Source of the DNA: Mobula hypostoma
Lineage: Eukaryota
Direction of reading: 5' to 3'
Assembly: GCF_963921235.1 (NCBI RefSeq)
Contig: NC_086097.1
Location: forward strand, 138,138,001 to 138,202,000
DNA: 64,000 nt
Position numbers and translations under genes: made by a program. Below the pieces are notes generated by a model. That model was given only the letters and a program-made list of their open reading frames with translations, did no database searches and was not told where the DNA came from. Shown piece after piece: positions 46,665 to 61,600 of the stretch. How positions within the stretch are numbered: position 1 is the stretch's first letter; each line of letters starts with the position of its first letter.

Positions 46665-49600
46665 TACACAAACACTTCACTGACACTAACTGTACACAGA
46701 CAGTTCACTGACACTGACTGTACACAGACACTTCACTGACACAGACCGAACACAGACAGACACTTCACTTACACTGACTGTACACAGACAGACACTTCAC
46801 TGACACAGACTGTACACAGACAGACACCTCACTGACACTGTCTGTACACAGAAACTTCACTGACACTGACCGCACACAGACACTTCACAGACACAGACAG
46901 ATGCTTCACTGATACAGACCACCCACAGACACTTCACTGACACTGACTGGACACAGACACTTCACCGACACAGACTGTACACAGACACTTCACTGACACA
47001 GACTGTACACAGACAGACTCTTCACTGACACTGACTGTACACAGACACTTCACTGACACAGACTGTACACAGACAGTCACTTCACTGACACAGACTGCAT
47101 AGAGACACTTCACTGATACTGACTGTACATGGACAGACACTTCACTGACACAGACTGTACACAGACACTTCACTGACACAGACTGTACACAGACAGACTC
47201 TTCACTGACACTGACTGTACACAGACACTTCATTGACACTGACCGTACACAGACAGACACTTCACTGACACAGACAGCATACAGACATACCCTTCATTGA
47301 CACTGACTGTACACAGACACTTCACTGACACTGACCGCACTGACAGAACCTTCAGTGACCCTGACTGTACACAGATACTTCACTGACACAGCCTGCACAC
47401 AGAAAGAACCTTCAGTGACACAGACTGTACACAGACAGTTCACTGACACAGACTGTACACAGACACTTCACTGACACTAACTGTACACAGACAGTTCACT
47501 AACACTGACTGTACACAGACACTTCACTGACACTGACTGCACACAGACGCTTCAGTGACACAGATCGTACACAGACAGACACTTCACTGACACTTCATTG
47601 ACACTGACTGTACACAGAGACTTCACTGACACAGACCAAACACAGACAGACACTTCACTTACACTGACTGTACACAGACAGACACTTCACTGACACAGAC
47701 TGTACACAGAAACTTCAGTGACACTGCACACAGACACTTTACTGACACAGACTGTACACAGACACTTCACTGACACTGACTGCACACAGACACTACACTG
47801 ACACAGACTGTACACAGACACTTCACTGACACTGACTGCACACAGACACTTCACTGACACAGACTGTACATAGACACTTCATTGACACAAACTGTATACA
47901 GTTCACTAACACAGACTGTACACAGACACTTCACTGACACAGACTGCACACAGACAGACATTAAACTGACAGTGACTGTACACCGACAGACACTTCACTG
48001 ACACAGACTGTACACAGACACTTCACTGACACAGACTGTATACAGACACTTCACTGACACAGACTGTACACAATCAGTTCACTGACACTGACTGTATACA
48101 GACATTTCACTGACACTGACTATACACAGACAGAAACTTCAGTGGCACAGACTGTACACAGACACTTCACTGACACAGACTGTACACAGACACTTCACTG
48201 ACACTGACTGTGCACAGACACTTCACTGACACTGACTACACACAGACACTTCAATGACAATGACCGCCCACAGACACTTCACTGACACTAACTGTACACA
48301 GACAGACACTTCACTGACAGACTGTACACAGACACTTCACTGACACTGACTGCACAGACAGAAACTTCAGTGACACAGACTGTACACAGACAATTCACTG
48401 ACACAGACTGTACACAGAAACTTCACTGACACTGACTGCACACAGACACTTTACTGACACAGACTGTACACAGACACTTCACTGACACTGACTGCACACA
48501 GACACTTCACTGACACAGACTGTACATAGACACTTCATTGACACAGACTGTATACAGTTCACTAACACAGACTGTACAGAGACACTTCACTGACACAGAC
48601 TGCACACAGACAGACATTTCACTGTCACTGACTGTACACCGACAGACACTTCACTGACACAGTCTGTACACAGACACTTCACTGACACAGACTGTATACA
48701 GACACTTCACTGACACAGACTGTACACAATCAGTTGACTGACACTGACTGTATACAGACATTTCACTGACACTGACTATACACAGACAGAAACTTCAGTT
48801 GTACAGACTGTACACAGATACTTCACTGACACAGACTGTACACAGACACTTCACTGACACTGACTGCATACAGACACTTTACTGACACAGACTGTACACA
48901 GACACTTCACTGACACAGACTGTACAGACACTTCATTGACACAGACTGTACACAGACACTTCATTGACACTGACCGTACACAGACAGACACTTCACTGAC
49001 ACAGACAGCACAGAGACAGGTACTTCACTAACACAGACTGCACACAGACAGACACTTCACTGACACAGACTGCACAAAGACACTTCACTGACAGACTGTG
49101 CACAGACAGTTCACTGACACTGACTGTACACAGACAGACACTTCACAGTCACTGACTGTACACAGACACTTCACTGACACTGACTGTACACAGACAGACA
49201 CTTCACTGACACAGACAGTACACAGACAGAAAGTTCAGTGACACAGACTGTATACACACACGTCACTGACACAGACTGTACACAGACACTTCACTGACAT
49301 AGACTGCACCCAGGCAGACATTTCACTGACACTGACAGTACACCGACAGACACTTCACTGACTCAGACAGACACTTCACTGACACTGACCACACACAGAC
49401 ACTTCACTGACACAGACCGAACACAGACAGACACTTCACTTACACTGACTATACACAGACAGACACCTTACTGACACTGTCTGTACACAGAAACTTCACT
49501 GACACTGACCGCACACAGACACTTCACAGACACAGACTGTACACAGACAGATGCTTCACTGATACAGACCACCCACAGACACTTCACTGACACTGCCTGC

Positions 49601-52600
49601 ACACAGACAGACACTTCACCGACACAGACTGTACACAGACACTTCACTGACACAGACTGTACACAGACAGACTCTTCACTCACACTGACTGTACACAGAC
49701 ACTTCACTGACACAGACTGTACACAGACAGTCACTTCACTGACACAGACTGCATAGAGACACTTCACTGATACTGACTGTACACGGACAGACACTTCACT
49801 GACACTGACTGTACACAGACTTACCCTTCATTGACACTGACTGTACACAGACACTTCACTGACACAGACTGCACACAGACACTTCAGTGACACAGATCGT
49901 ACACAGACAGACACTTCACTGACACTGACTGTACACAGACAGACACTTCATTGACACAGACTGCACACAGGCACTTCACTAACCCTGACTGTACACAGAC
50001 ACTTCACTGACACTGACTGTACACAGACAGACACTGCACTGACACAGACTGCACACAGACACTTCACTGACACTGACTACACACAGACACTGCACTGACC
50101 CTAACTGTACACAGACAGACACTTCAACGACAGAATGTGCACAGACACTTCACTGACACTGACTGCACAGACAGAAACATCAGTGACACAGACTGTACAC
50201 AGACAGTTCACTGACACTGACTGTACACAGACACTTCAATAACACAGACTGCACACAGACAGACATTTCACTGACCCAGACTGTACACAGACACTTCACT
50301 GACACAGACTGTACACAAACAGTTCACTGATACTGCCTGTGCACAGACACTTCACTGACACAGACTATACACAGACAGTTCATTGACACTGACTGTACAC
50401 AGACACTTCACTGACACAGACCAAACACAGACAGACACTTCACTTACACTGACTGTACACAGACAGACACCTCACTGACACTGTCTGTACACAGAAACTT
50501 CACTGACACTGACCGCACACGGACACTTCACAGACACAGACTGTACACAGACAGATGCTTCACTGATACAGACCACCCTTAGACACTTCACTGACACTCA
50601 CTGTACACAGACAGACACTTCACTGACACTGACTTTACACAGACAGACACTTCACTGACACAGACTGTACACAGACACTTCACTGACACAGACTGTACAC
50701 AGACAGACTCTTCACTGACACTGACTGTACACAGACACTTCAGTGACACTGACCGTACACAGACAGACACTTCACTGACACAGACAGCATACAGACAGAC
50801 ACTTCACTGACACAGACTGTACACAGAAACTTCACTGACACTGCACACAGACACTTTACTGACACAGACTGTACACAGACACTTCACTGACACTGACTGC
50901 ACACAGACACTTCACTGACACAGACTGTACATAGACACTTCACTGACACAAACTGTATACAGTTCACTAACACAGACTGTACACAGACACTTCACTGACA
51001 CAGACTGCACACAGACAGACATTAAACTGACAGTGACTGTACACCGACAGACACTTCACTGACACAGACTGTACACAGACACTTCACTGACACAGACTGT
51101 ATACAGACACTTCACTGACACAGACTGTACACAATCAGATCACTGACACTGACTGTATACAGACATTTCACTGACACTGACTATACACAGACAGAAACTT
51201 CAGTGGCACAGACTGTACACAGACACTTCACTGACACAGACTGTACACAGACACTTCACTGACACTGACTGTGCACAGACACTTCACTGACACTGACTAC
51301 ACATAGACACTTCAATGACAATGACCGCCCCCAGACACTTCACTGACACTAACTGTACACAGACAGACACTTCACTGACAGACTGTACACAGACACTTCA
51401 CTGACACTGACTGCACAGACAGAAACTTCAGTGACATAGACTGTACACAGACAATTCACTGACACAGACTGTACACAGAAACTTCACTGACACTGACTGC
51501 ACACAGACACTTTACTGACACAGACTGTACACAGACACTTCACTGACACTGACTGCACACAGACACTTCACTGACACAGACTGTACATAGACACTTCATT
51601 GACACAGACTGTATACAGTTCACTAACACAGACTGTACAGAGACACTTCACTGACACAGACTGCACACAGACAGACATTTCACTGTCACTGACTGTACAC
51701 CGACACTTCACTGACACAGTCTGTACACAGACACTTCACTGACACAGACTGTATACAGACACTTCACTGACACAGACTGTACACAATCAGTTCACTGACA
51801 CTGACTGTATACAGACATTTCACTGACACTGACTATACACAGACAGAAACTTCAGTGGTACAGACTGTACACAGATACTTCACTGACACAGACTGTACAC
51901 AGACACTTCACTGACACTGACTGCATACAGACACTTTACTGACACAGACTGTACACAGACACTTCACTGACACAGACTGTACACAGACACTTCATTGACA
52001 CAGACTGTACACAGACACTTCATTGACACTGACCGTACACAGACAGACACTTCACTGACACAGACAGCACACAGACAGGTACTTCACTAACACAGACTGC
52101 ACACAGACAGACACTTCACTGACACAGACTGCACAAAGACACTTCACTGACAGACTGTGCACAGACACTTCACTGACACTGACTGTACACAGACAGACAC
52201 TTCACAGTCACTGACTGTACACAGACACTTCACTGACACTGACTGTACACAGACAGACACTTCACTGACACAGACAGTACACAGACAGAAAGTTCAGTGA
52301 CACAGACTGTATACACACACGCCACTGACACAGACTGTACACAGACACTTCACTGACATAGACTGCACCCAGGCAGACATTTCACTGACACTGACAGTAC
52401 ACCGACAGACACTTCACTGAAACAGACTGTACACAGACACTTCACTGACACAAACTGTATACAGACATTTCACTGACACTGACTGTACACAGACAGAAAC
52501 TTCAGTGACACAGACTGTACACAGACCCTTCACTGACTCAGACAGACACTTCACTGACACTGACCACACACAGACACTTCACTGACACAGACCGAACACA

Positions 52601-55600
52601 GACAGACACTTCACTTACACTGACTGTACACAGACAGACACCTTACTGACACTGTCTGTACACAGAAACTTCACTGACACTGACCGCACACAGACACTTC
52701 ACAGACACAGACTGTACACAGAAAGAAACTTCAGTGACACAGACTGTACACAGACTGTTCACTGACATAGACTGTACACAGACACTTCACTGACACTAAC
52801 TGTACACAGACAGTTCACTGACACTGACTGTACACAGACACTTCACTGACACAGACCGAACACAGACAGACACTTCACTTACACTGACTGTACACAGACA
52901 GACACTTCACTGACACAGACTGTACACAGACAGACACCTCACTGACACTGTCTGTACACAGAAACTTCACTGACACTGACCGCACACAGACACTTCACAG
53001 ACACAGACAAATGCTTCACTGATACAGACCACCCACAGACACTTCACTGACACTGACTGTACACAGACAGACACTTCACCGACACAGACTGTACACAGAC
53101 ACTTCACTGACACAGACTGTACACAGACAGACTCTTCACTGACACTGACTGTACACAGACACTTCACTGACACAGACTGTACACAGACAGTCACTTCACT
53201 GACACAGACTGCATAGAGACACTTCACTGATACTGACTGTACATGGACAGACACTTCGCAGACACTGACTGTACACAGACTTACCCTTCATTGACACTGA
53301 CTGTACACAGACACTTCACTGACACAGACTGCACACAGACACTTCAGTGACACAGATCGTACACAGACAGACACTTCACTGACACTGACTGTACACAGAC
53401 AGACACTTCATTGACACAGACTGCACACAGGCACTTCACTAACCATGACTGTACACAGACACTTCACTGACACTGACTGTACACAGACAGACACTGCACT
53501 GACACAGACTGCACACAGACACTTCTCTGACACTGACTACACACAGACACTTCACTGACACTAACTGTACACAGACACTTCAATAACACAGACTGCACAC
53601 AGACAGACATTTCACTGACCCAGACTGTACACAGACACTTCACTGACACAGACTGTACACAAACAGTTCACTGATACTGACTGTGCACAGACACTTCACT
53701 GACACAGACTATACACAGACAGTTCATTGACACTGACTGTACACAGACACTTCACTGACACAGACCAAACACAGACAGACACTTCACTTACACTGACTGT
53801 ACACAGACAGACACCTCACTGACACTGTCTGTACACAGAAACTTCACTGACACTGACCGCACACGGACACTTCACAGACACAGACTGTACGCAGACAGAT
53901 GCTTCACTGATACAGACCACCCTTAGACACTTCACTGACACTCACTGTACACAGACAGACACTTCACTGACACTGACTTTACACAGACAGACACTTCACT
54001 GACACAGACTGTACACAGATACTTCACTGACACAGACTGGACACAGACAGACTCTTCACTGACACTGACTGTACACAGACACTTCATTGACACTGACCGT
54101 ACACAGACAGACACTTCACTGACACAGACAGCATACAGACATACCCTTCATTGACACTGACTGTACACAGACACTTCACTGACACTGACCGCACTGACAG
54201 AACCTTCAGTGACACTGACTGTACACAGACACTTCACTGACACAGCCTGCACACAGAAAGAACCTTCAGTGACACAGACAGTTCACTGACACAGACTGTA
54301 CACAGACACTTCACTGACACTAACTGTACACAGACAGTTCACTAACCCTGACTGTACACAGACACTTCACTGACACTGACTGCACACAGACGCTTCAGTG
54401 ACACAGATCGTACACAGACAGACACTTCACTGACACTGACTGCACACAGACGCTTCAGTGACACAGATCGTACACAGACAGACACTTCACTGACACTTCA
54501 TTGACACTGACTGTACACAGAGACTTCACTGACACAGACCGAACACAGACAGACACTTCACTTACACTGACTGTACACAGACAGACACTTCACTGACACA
54601 GACTGTACACAGAAACTTCACTGACACTGCACACAGACACTTTACTGACACAGACTGTACACAGACACTTCACTGACACTGACTGCACACAGACACTTCC
54701 CTGACACAGACTGTACATAGACACTTCACTGACACAAACTGTATACAGTTCACTAACACAGACTGTACACAGACACTTCACTGACACAGACTGCACACAG
54801 ACAGACATTAAACTGACAGTGACTGTACACCGACAGACACTTCACTGACACAGACTGTACACAGACACTTCACTGACACAGACTGTATACAGACACTTCA
54901 CTGACACAGACTGTACACAATCAGTTCACTGACACTGACTGTATACAGACATTTCACTGACACTGACTATACACAGACAGAAACTTCAGTGGCACAGACT
55001 GTACACAGACACTTCACTGATACAGACTGTACACAGACACTTCACTGACACTGACTGTACACAGACACTTCAATAACACAGACTGCACACAGACAGACAT
55101 TTCACTGACCCAGACTGTACACAGACACTTCACTGACACAGACTGTACACAAACAGTTCACTGATACTGACTGTGCACAGACACTTCACTGACACAGACT
55201 ATACACAGACAGTTCATTGACACTGACTGTACACAGACACTTCACTGACACAGACCAAACACAGACAGACACTTCACTTACACTGACTGTACACAGACAG
55301 ACACCTCACTGACACTGTCTGTACACAGAAACTTCACTGACACTGACCGCACACGGACACTTCACAGACACAGACTGTACGCAGACAGATGCTTCACTGA
55401 TACAGACCACCCTTAGACACTTCACTGACACTCACTGTACACAGACAGACACTTCACTGACACTGACTTTACACAGACAGACACTTCACTGACACAGACT
55501 GTACACAGACACTTCACTGACACAGACTGTACACAGACAGACTCTTCACTGACACTGACTGTACACAGACACTTCATTGACACTGACCGTACACAGACAG

Positions 55601-58600
55601 ACACTTCACTGACACAGACATCATACAGACATACCCTTCATTGACACTGACTGTACACAGACACTTCACTGACACTGACCGCACTGACAGAACCTTCAGT
55701 GACACTGACTGTACACAGACACTTCACTGACACAGCCTGCACACAGAAAGAACCTTCAGTGACACAGACAGTTCACTGACACAGACTGTACACAGACACT
55801 TCACTGACACTAACTGTACACAGACAGTTCACTAACACTGACTGTACACAGACACTTCACTGACACTGACTGCACACAGACGCTTCAGTGACACAGATCG
55901 TACACAGACAGACACTTCACTGACACTTCATTGACACTGACTGTACACAGAGACTTCACTGACACAGACCAAACACAGACAGACACTTCACTTACACTGA
56001 CTGTACACAGACAGACACTTCACTGACACAGACTGTACACAGAAACTTCACTGACACTGCACACAGACACTTTACTGACACAGACTGTACACAGACACTT
56101 CACTGACACTGACTGCACACAGACACTTCACTGACACAGACTGTACATAGACACTTCACTGACACAAACTGTATACAGTTCACTAACACAGACTGTACAC
56201 AGACACTTCACTGACACAGACTGCACACAGACAGACATTAAACTGACAGTGACTGTACACCGACAGACACTTCACTGACACAGACTGTACACAGACACTT
56301 CACTGACACAGACTGTATACAGACACTTCACTGACACAGACTGTACACAATCAGTTCACTGACACTGACTGTATACAGACATTTCACTGACACTGACTAT
56401 ACACAGACAGAAACTTCAGTGGCACAGACTGTACACAGACACTTCACTGATACAGACTGTACACAGACACTTCACTGACACTGACTGTGCACAGACACTT
56501 CACTGACACTGACTACACACAGACACTTCAATGACAATGACCGCCCACAGACACTTCACTGACACTAACTGTACACAGACAGACACTTCACTGACAGACT
56601 GTACACAGACACTTCACTGACACTGACTGCACAGACAGAAACTTCAGTGACACAGACTGTACACAGACAATTCACTGACACAGACTGTACACAGAAACTT
56701 CACTGACACTGACTGCACACAGACACTTTACTGACACAGACTGTACACAGACACTTCACTGACACTGACTGCACATAGACACTTCATTGACACAGACTGT
56801 ATACAGTTCACTAACACAGACTGTACAGAGACACTTCACTGACACAGACTGCACACAGACAGACATTTCACTGTCACTGACTGTACACCGACAGACACTT
56901 CACTGACACAGTCTGTACACAGACACTTCACTGACACAGGCTGTATACAGACACTTCACTGACACAGACTGTACACAATCAGTTCACTGACACTGACTTT
57001 ATACAGACATTTCACTGACACTGACTATACACAGACAGAAACTTCAGTGGTACAGACTGTACACAGATACTTCACTGACACAGACTGTACACAGACAGAC
57101 ACTTCACTGACAGACTGTACACAGACATTTCACTGACACTGACTGCACAGACAGAAACTTCAGTGACACAGACTGTACACAGACAATTCACTGACACTGA
57201 CTGTACACAGACACTTCACTGACACAGACTGCAAACAAACAATCATTTCACTGACACTGACTGTACACCGACAGACACTTTACTGACACAGACTGTACAC
57301 AGACACTTCGCTGACACAGACTGTACACAAACAGTTCACTGACACTGACTGTACACAGACACTTCACTGACACTTACTGTACACAGACAGACACTTCATT
57401 GACACTGACTGTACACAGACAGTCACTTCACTGACACTGACTGTACACAGACACTTCACTAACACTGATGTACACAGACGGACATTTCACTGACACAGAC
57501 TGCACAGACAGACACTTCACTGACACAGACTGTACACGGACAGACACTTCATTGACACAGACAGTGCACAGACATTTCACATACACTGACTGCACACAGA
57601 CACTTCACTGACACAGACTGTACACAGACACTTCACTGACACAAACTGTACACAGACAGACACTTCACTGACAGACTGTGCACAGACACTTCACTGACAC
57701 TGACTGCACAGACAAGAAACTTCACTGACACAGACTGTACACAGACACTTCACTGACACTGAATGTACACAGACACTTCACTGACACAGACTGCACCGAC
57801 AGACACTTCACTGACAGAGACTGTACACAGACACTTCACAGACACAGACTGCACACAGACAGACATTTTACTGACAATGACTGTACACCGACAGACACTT
57901 CACTGAAACACACTGCACCCAGACAGACACTTCACTGACAGAGACTGCACAGACAGACACTTCACTGACACTGACTGTACACAGACAGAAAGTTCAGTGA
58001 CACAGACTGTATACACACACGTCACTGACACAGACTGCACCCAGGCAGACATTTCACTGACACTGACAGTACACCGACAGACACTTCACTGAAACAGACT
58101 GTACACAGACACTTCACTGACACAAACTGTATACAGACATTTCACTGACACTGACTGTACACAGACAGAAACTTCAGTGACACAGACTGTACACAGACAC
58201 TTCACTGACACAGACTGTACACAGACACTTCACTGACACAGACCGAACACAAACAGACACTTCACTTACACTGACTGTACACAGACAGACACCTCACTGA
58301 CACTGTCTGTACACAGAAACTTCACTGACACTGACCGCACACAGACACTTCACAGACACAGACTGCACACAGACAGACATTTTACTGACAATGACTGTAC
58401 ACCGACAGACACTTCACTGACTCAGACAGACACTTCACTGACACTGACCACACACAGACACTTCACTGACACAGACTGCACACAGACAGACATTTTACTG
58501 ACAATGACTCTACACCGACAGACACTTCACTGAAACACACTGCACCCAGACAGACACTTCACTGACAGAGACTGCACAGACAGACACTTCACTGACACTG

Positions 58601-61600
58601 ACTGTACACAGACAGAAAGTTCAGTGACACAGACTGTATACACACACATCACTGACACAGACTGTACACAGACACTTCACTGACACAAACTGTATACAGT
58701 TCACTAACACAGACTGTACACAGACACTTCACTGACATAGACTGCACCCAGGCAGACATTTCACTGACACTGACAGTACACCGACAGACACTTCACTGAA
58801 ACAGACTGTACACAGACACTTCACTGACACAAACTGTATACAGACATTTCACTGACACTGACTGTACACAGACAGAAACTTCAGTGACACAGACTGTACA
58901 CAGACACTTCACTGACACACACCGTACACAGATACTTCACTGACACAGACTGTATACAGTTCACTAACACAGACTGTACACAGACCCTTCACTGACACTG
59001 ACTGTACACAGACACTTAACTGACTCTGACTGTACACAGACAGACATTTCACTGACACTGACTGTACACAGACAGACACTTCACTGACTCAGACAGACAC
59101 TTCACTGACACTGACCACACACAGACACTTCACTGACACAGACTGTACACAGACAGAAACTTCATTGACACTGACTCTACACAGACACTTCACTGACACA
59201 GACTGTACATAAACAGACACTTCACTGCCACAGACTGTACACAGACACTTCACTGACACACACTGTACACAGACAGACACTTCACTGACACAGACTGCAC
59301 AAAGACACTTCACTGACAGACTGTGCACAGACACTTCACTGACACTGACTGTACACAGACACTTCACTGACACTGACTGTACACAGACAGACACTGCACT
59401 GACACAGACCCCCCACAGACACTTCACTGACACTAACTGTACACAGACAGACACTTCAATGACAGAATGTGCACAGACACTTCACTGACACTGACTGCAC
59501 AGACAGAAACATCAGTGACACAGACTGTACACAGACAGTTCACTGACACTGACTGTACACAGACACTTCACTGACACAGACTGTACACAAAAGGTTCACT
59601 GACACTGACTGTACACAGACACTTCACTGACACAGACTGTACACAGACAGACAGTACATTGACACTGACTGTACACAGACACTTCACTGACACAGACCGA
59701 ACACAGACAGACACTTCACTTACACTGACTGTACACAGACAGACACCTCACTGACACTGTCTGTACACAGAAACTTCACTGACACTGACCGCACACAGAC
59801 ACTTCACAGACACAGACTGTACACAGACAGATGCTTCAGTGATACAGACCATCCACAGACACTTCACTAACACTGACTGTACACAGACACTTCACTGACA
59901 CAGACTGTACACAGACACTTCACTGACACAGACTGTACACAGACAGACTCTTCACTGACACTGACTGTACACAGACACTTCATTGACACTGACCGTACAC
60001 AGACAGACACTTCACTTACACTGACTTTACACAGTTCACTGACACTGACTGTACACAGACAGAAACTGCAGTGACACAGACTGTACACAGACAGACACTT
60101 CACTCACACAGACTGCACAGACAGACACTTCACTGACACTGTCTGTACACAGAAACTTCACTGACACTGACCGCACACAGACACTTCACAGACACAGACT
60201 GTACACAGACAGATGCTTCAGTGATACAGACCACCCACAGACACTTCACTGACACAGACCGCACACAGACAGACATTTCACTGACACTGACTGTACACCG
60301 ACGGACACTTCACTGACACAGACTGTACACAGACACATCACTGACATAGACTGTACACAGACACTTCACTGACACAGACCGAACACAAACAGACACTTCA
60401 CTTACACTGACTGTACACAGACAGACACCTCACTGACACTGTCTGTACACAGAAACTTCACGGACACTGACCGCACACAGACACTTCACAGACACAGACT
60501 GCACACAGACAGACATTTTACTGACAATGACTGTACACCGACAGACACTTCACTGACTCAGACAGACACTTCACTGACACTGACCACACATAGACACTTC
60601 ACTGACACAGACTGCACACAGACAGACATTTTACTGACAATGACTCTACACCGACAGACACTTCACTGAAACACACTGCACCCAGACAGACACTTCACTG
60701 ACAGAGACTGCACAGACAGACACTTCACTGACACTGACTGTACACAGACAGAAAGGTCAGTGACACAGACTGTATACACACACGTCACTGACACAGACTG
60801 TACACAGACACTTCACTGACATAGACTGCACCCAGGCAGACATTTCACTGACACTGACAGTACACCGACAGACACTTCACTGAAACAGACTGTACACAGA
60901 CACTTCACTGACACAAACTGTATACAGACACTTCACTGACACTGACTGTACACAGACAGAGACTTCAGTGACACAGACTGTACACAAACACTTCACTGAC
61001 ACACACCGTACACAGACACTTCACTGACACAGACTGTATACAGTTCACTAACACAGACTGTACACAGACCCTTCACTGACACTGACTGTTCACAGACACT
61101 TAACTGACTCTGACTGCACACAGACAGACATTTCACTGACACTGACTGTACACAGACAGACACTTCACTGACTCAGACAGACACTTCACTGACACTGACC
61201 ACACACAGACACTTCACTGACACAGACTGTACACAGACAGAAACTTCATTGACACTGACTCTACACAGACACTTCACTGACACAGACTGTACACAAGCAG
61301 ACACTTCACTGCCACAGACTGTACACAGACACTTCACTGACACAGACTGTACACAGACAGATACTTCATTAACACAGACTGCACACAGACAGACACTTCA
61401 CTGACACAGACTGCACAAAGACACTTCACTGACAGACTGTGCACAGACACTTCACTGACACTGACTGTACACAGACACTTCACTGACGCTGACTGTACAC
61501 AGACACTTCACTGACACTGACTGTACACAGACAGACACTGCACTGACACAGACTGCACACAGACACTTCACTGACACTGACTACACACAGACACTTCACT

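Larger units (their letters stand above)
45582..46666. other. TGTA direct repeat flanking the LINE (45582-45585 and 46663-46666): short target-site duplication overlapping junction microhomology
   Basis: Empty paralogous sites read GACATAGAC-TGTA-CACAGACAC (TGTA at 28019, 32230, 37041, 41220, 52773). The filled site has TGTA on both sides of 1077 intervening bases, a net gain of 1081 bp. Confidence 0.75.
42480..57100. repeat. Higher-order domain marked by CATTAAACTGACAGTG; periods of about 3.06, 3.8 and 1.4-1.5 kb
   Basis: Marker at 43823, 47959, 51020, 54806, 56236 (spacings 4136 including the 1081-bp LINE, 3061, 3786, 1430). ORF-track pair 53932/55422 (1490). Ends approximate. Confidence 0.8.
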
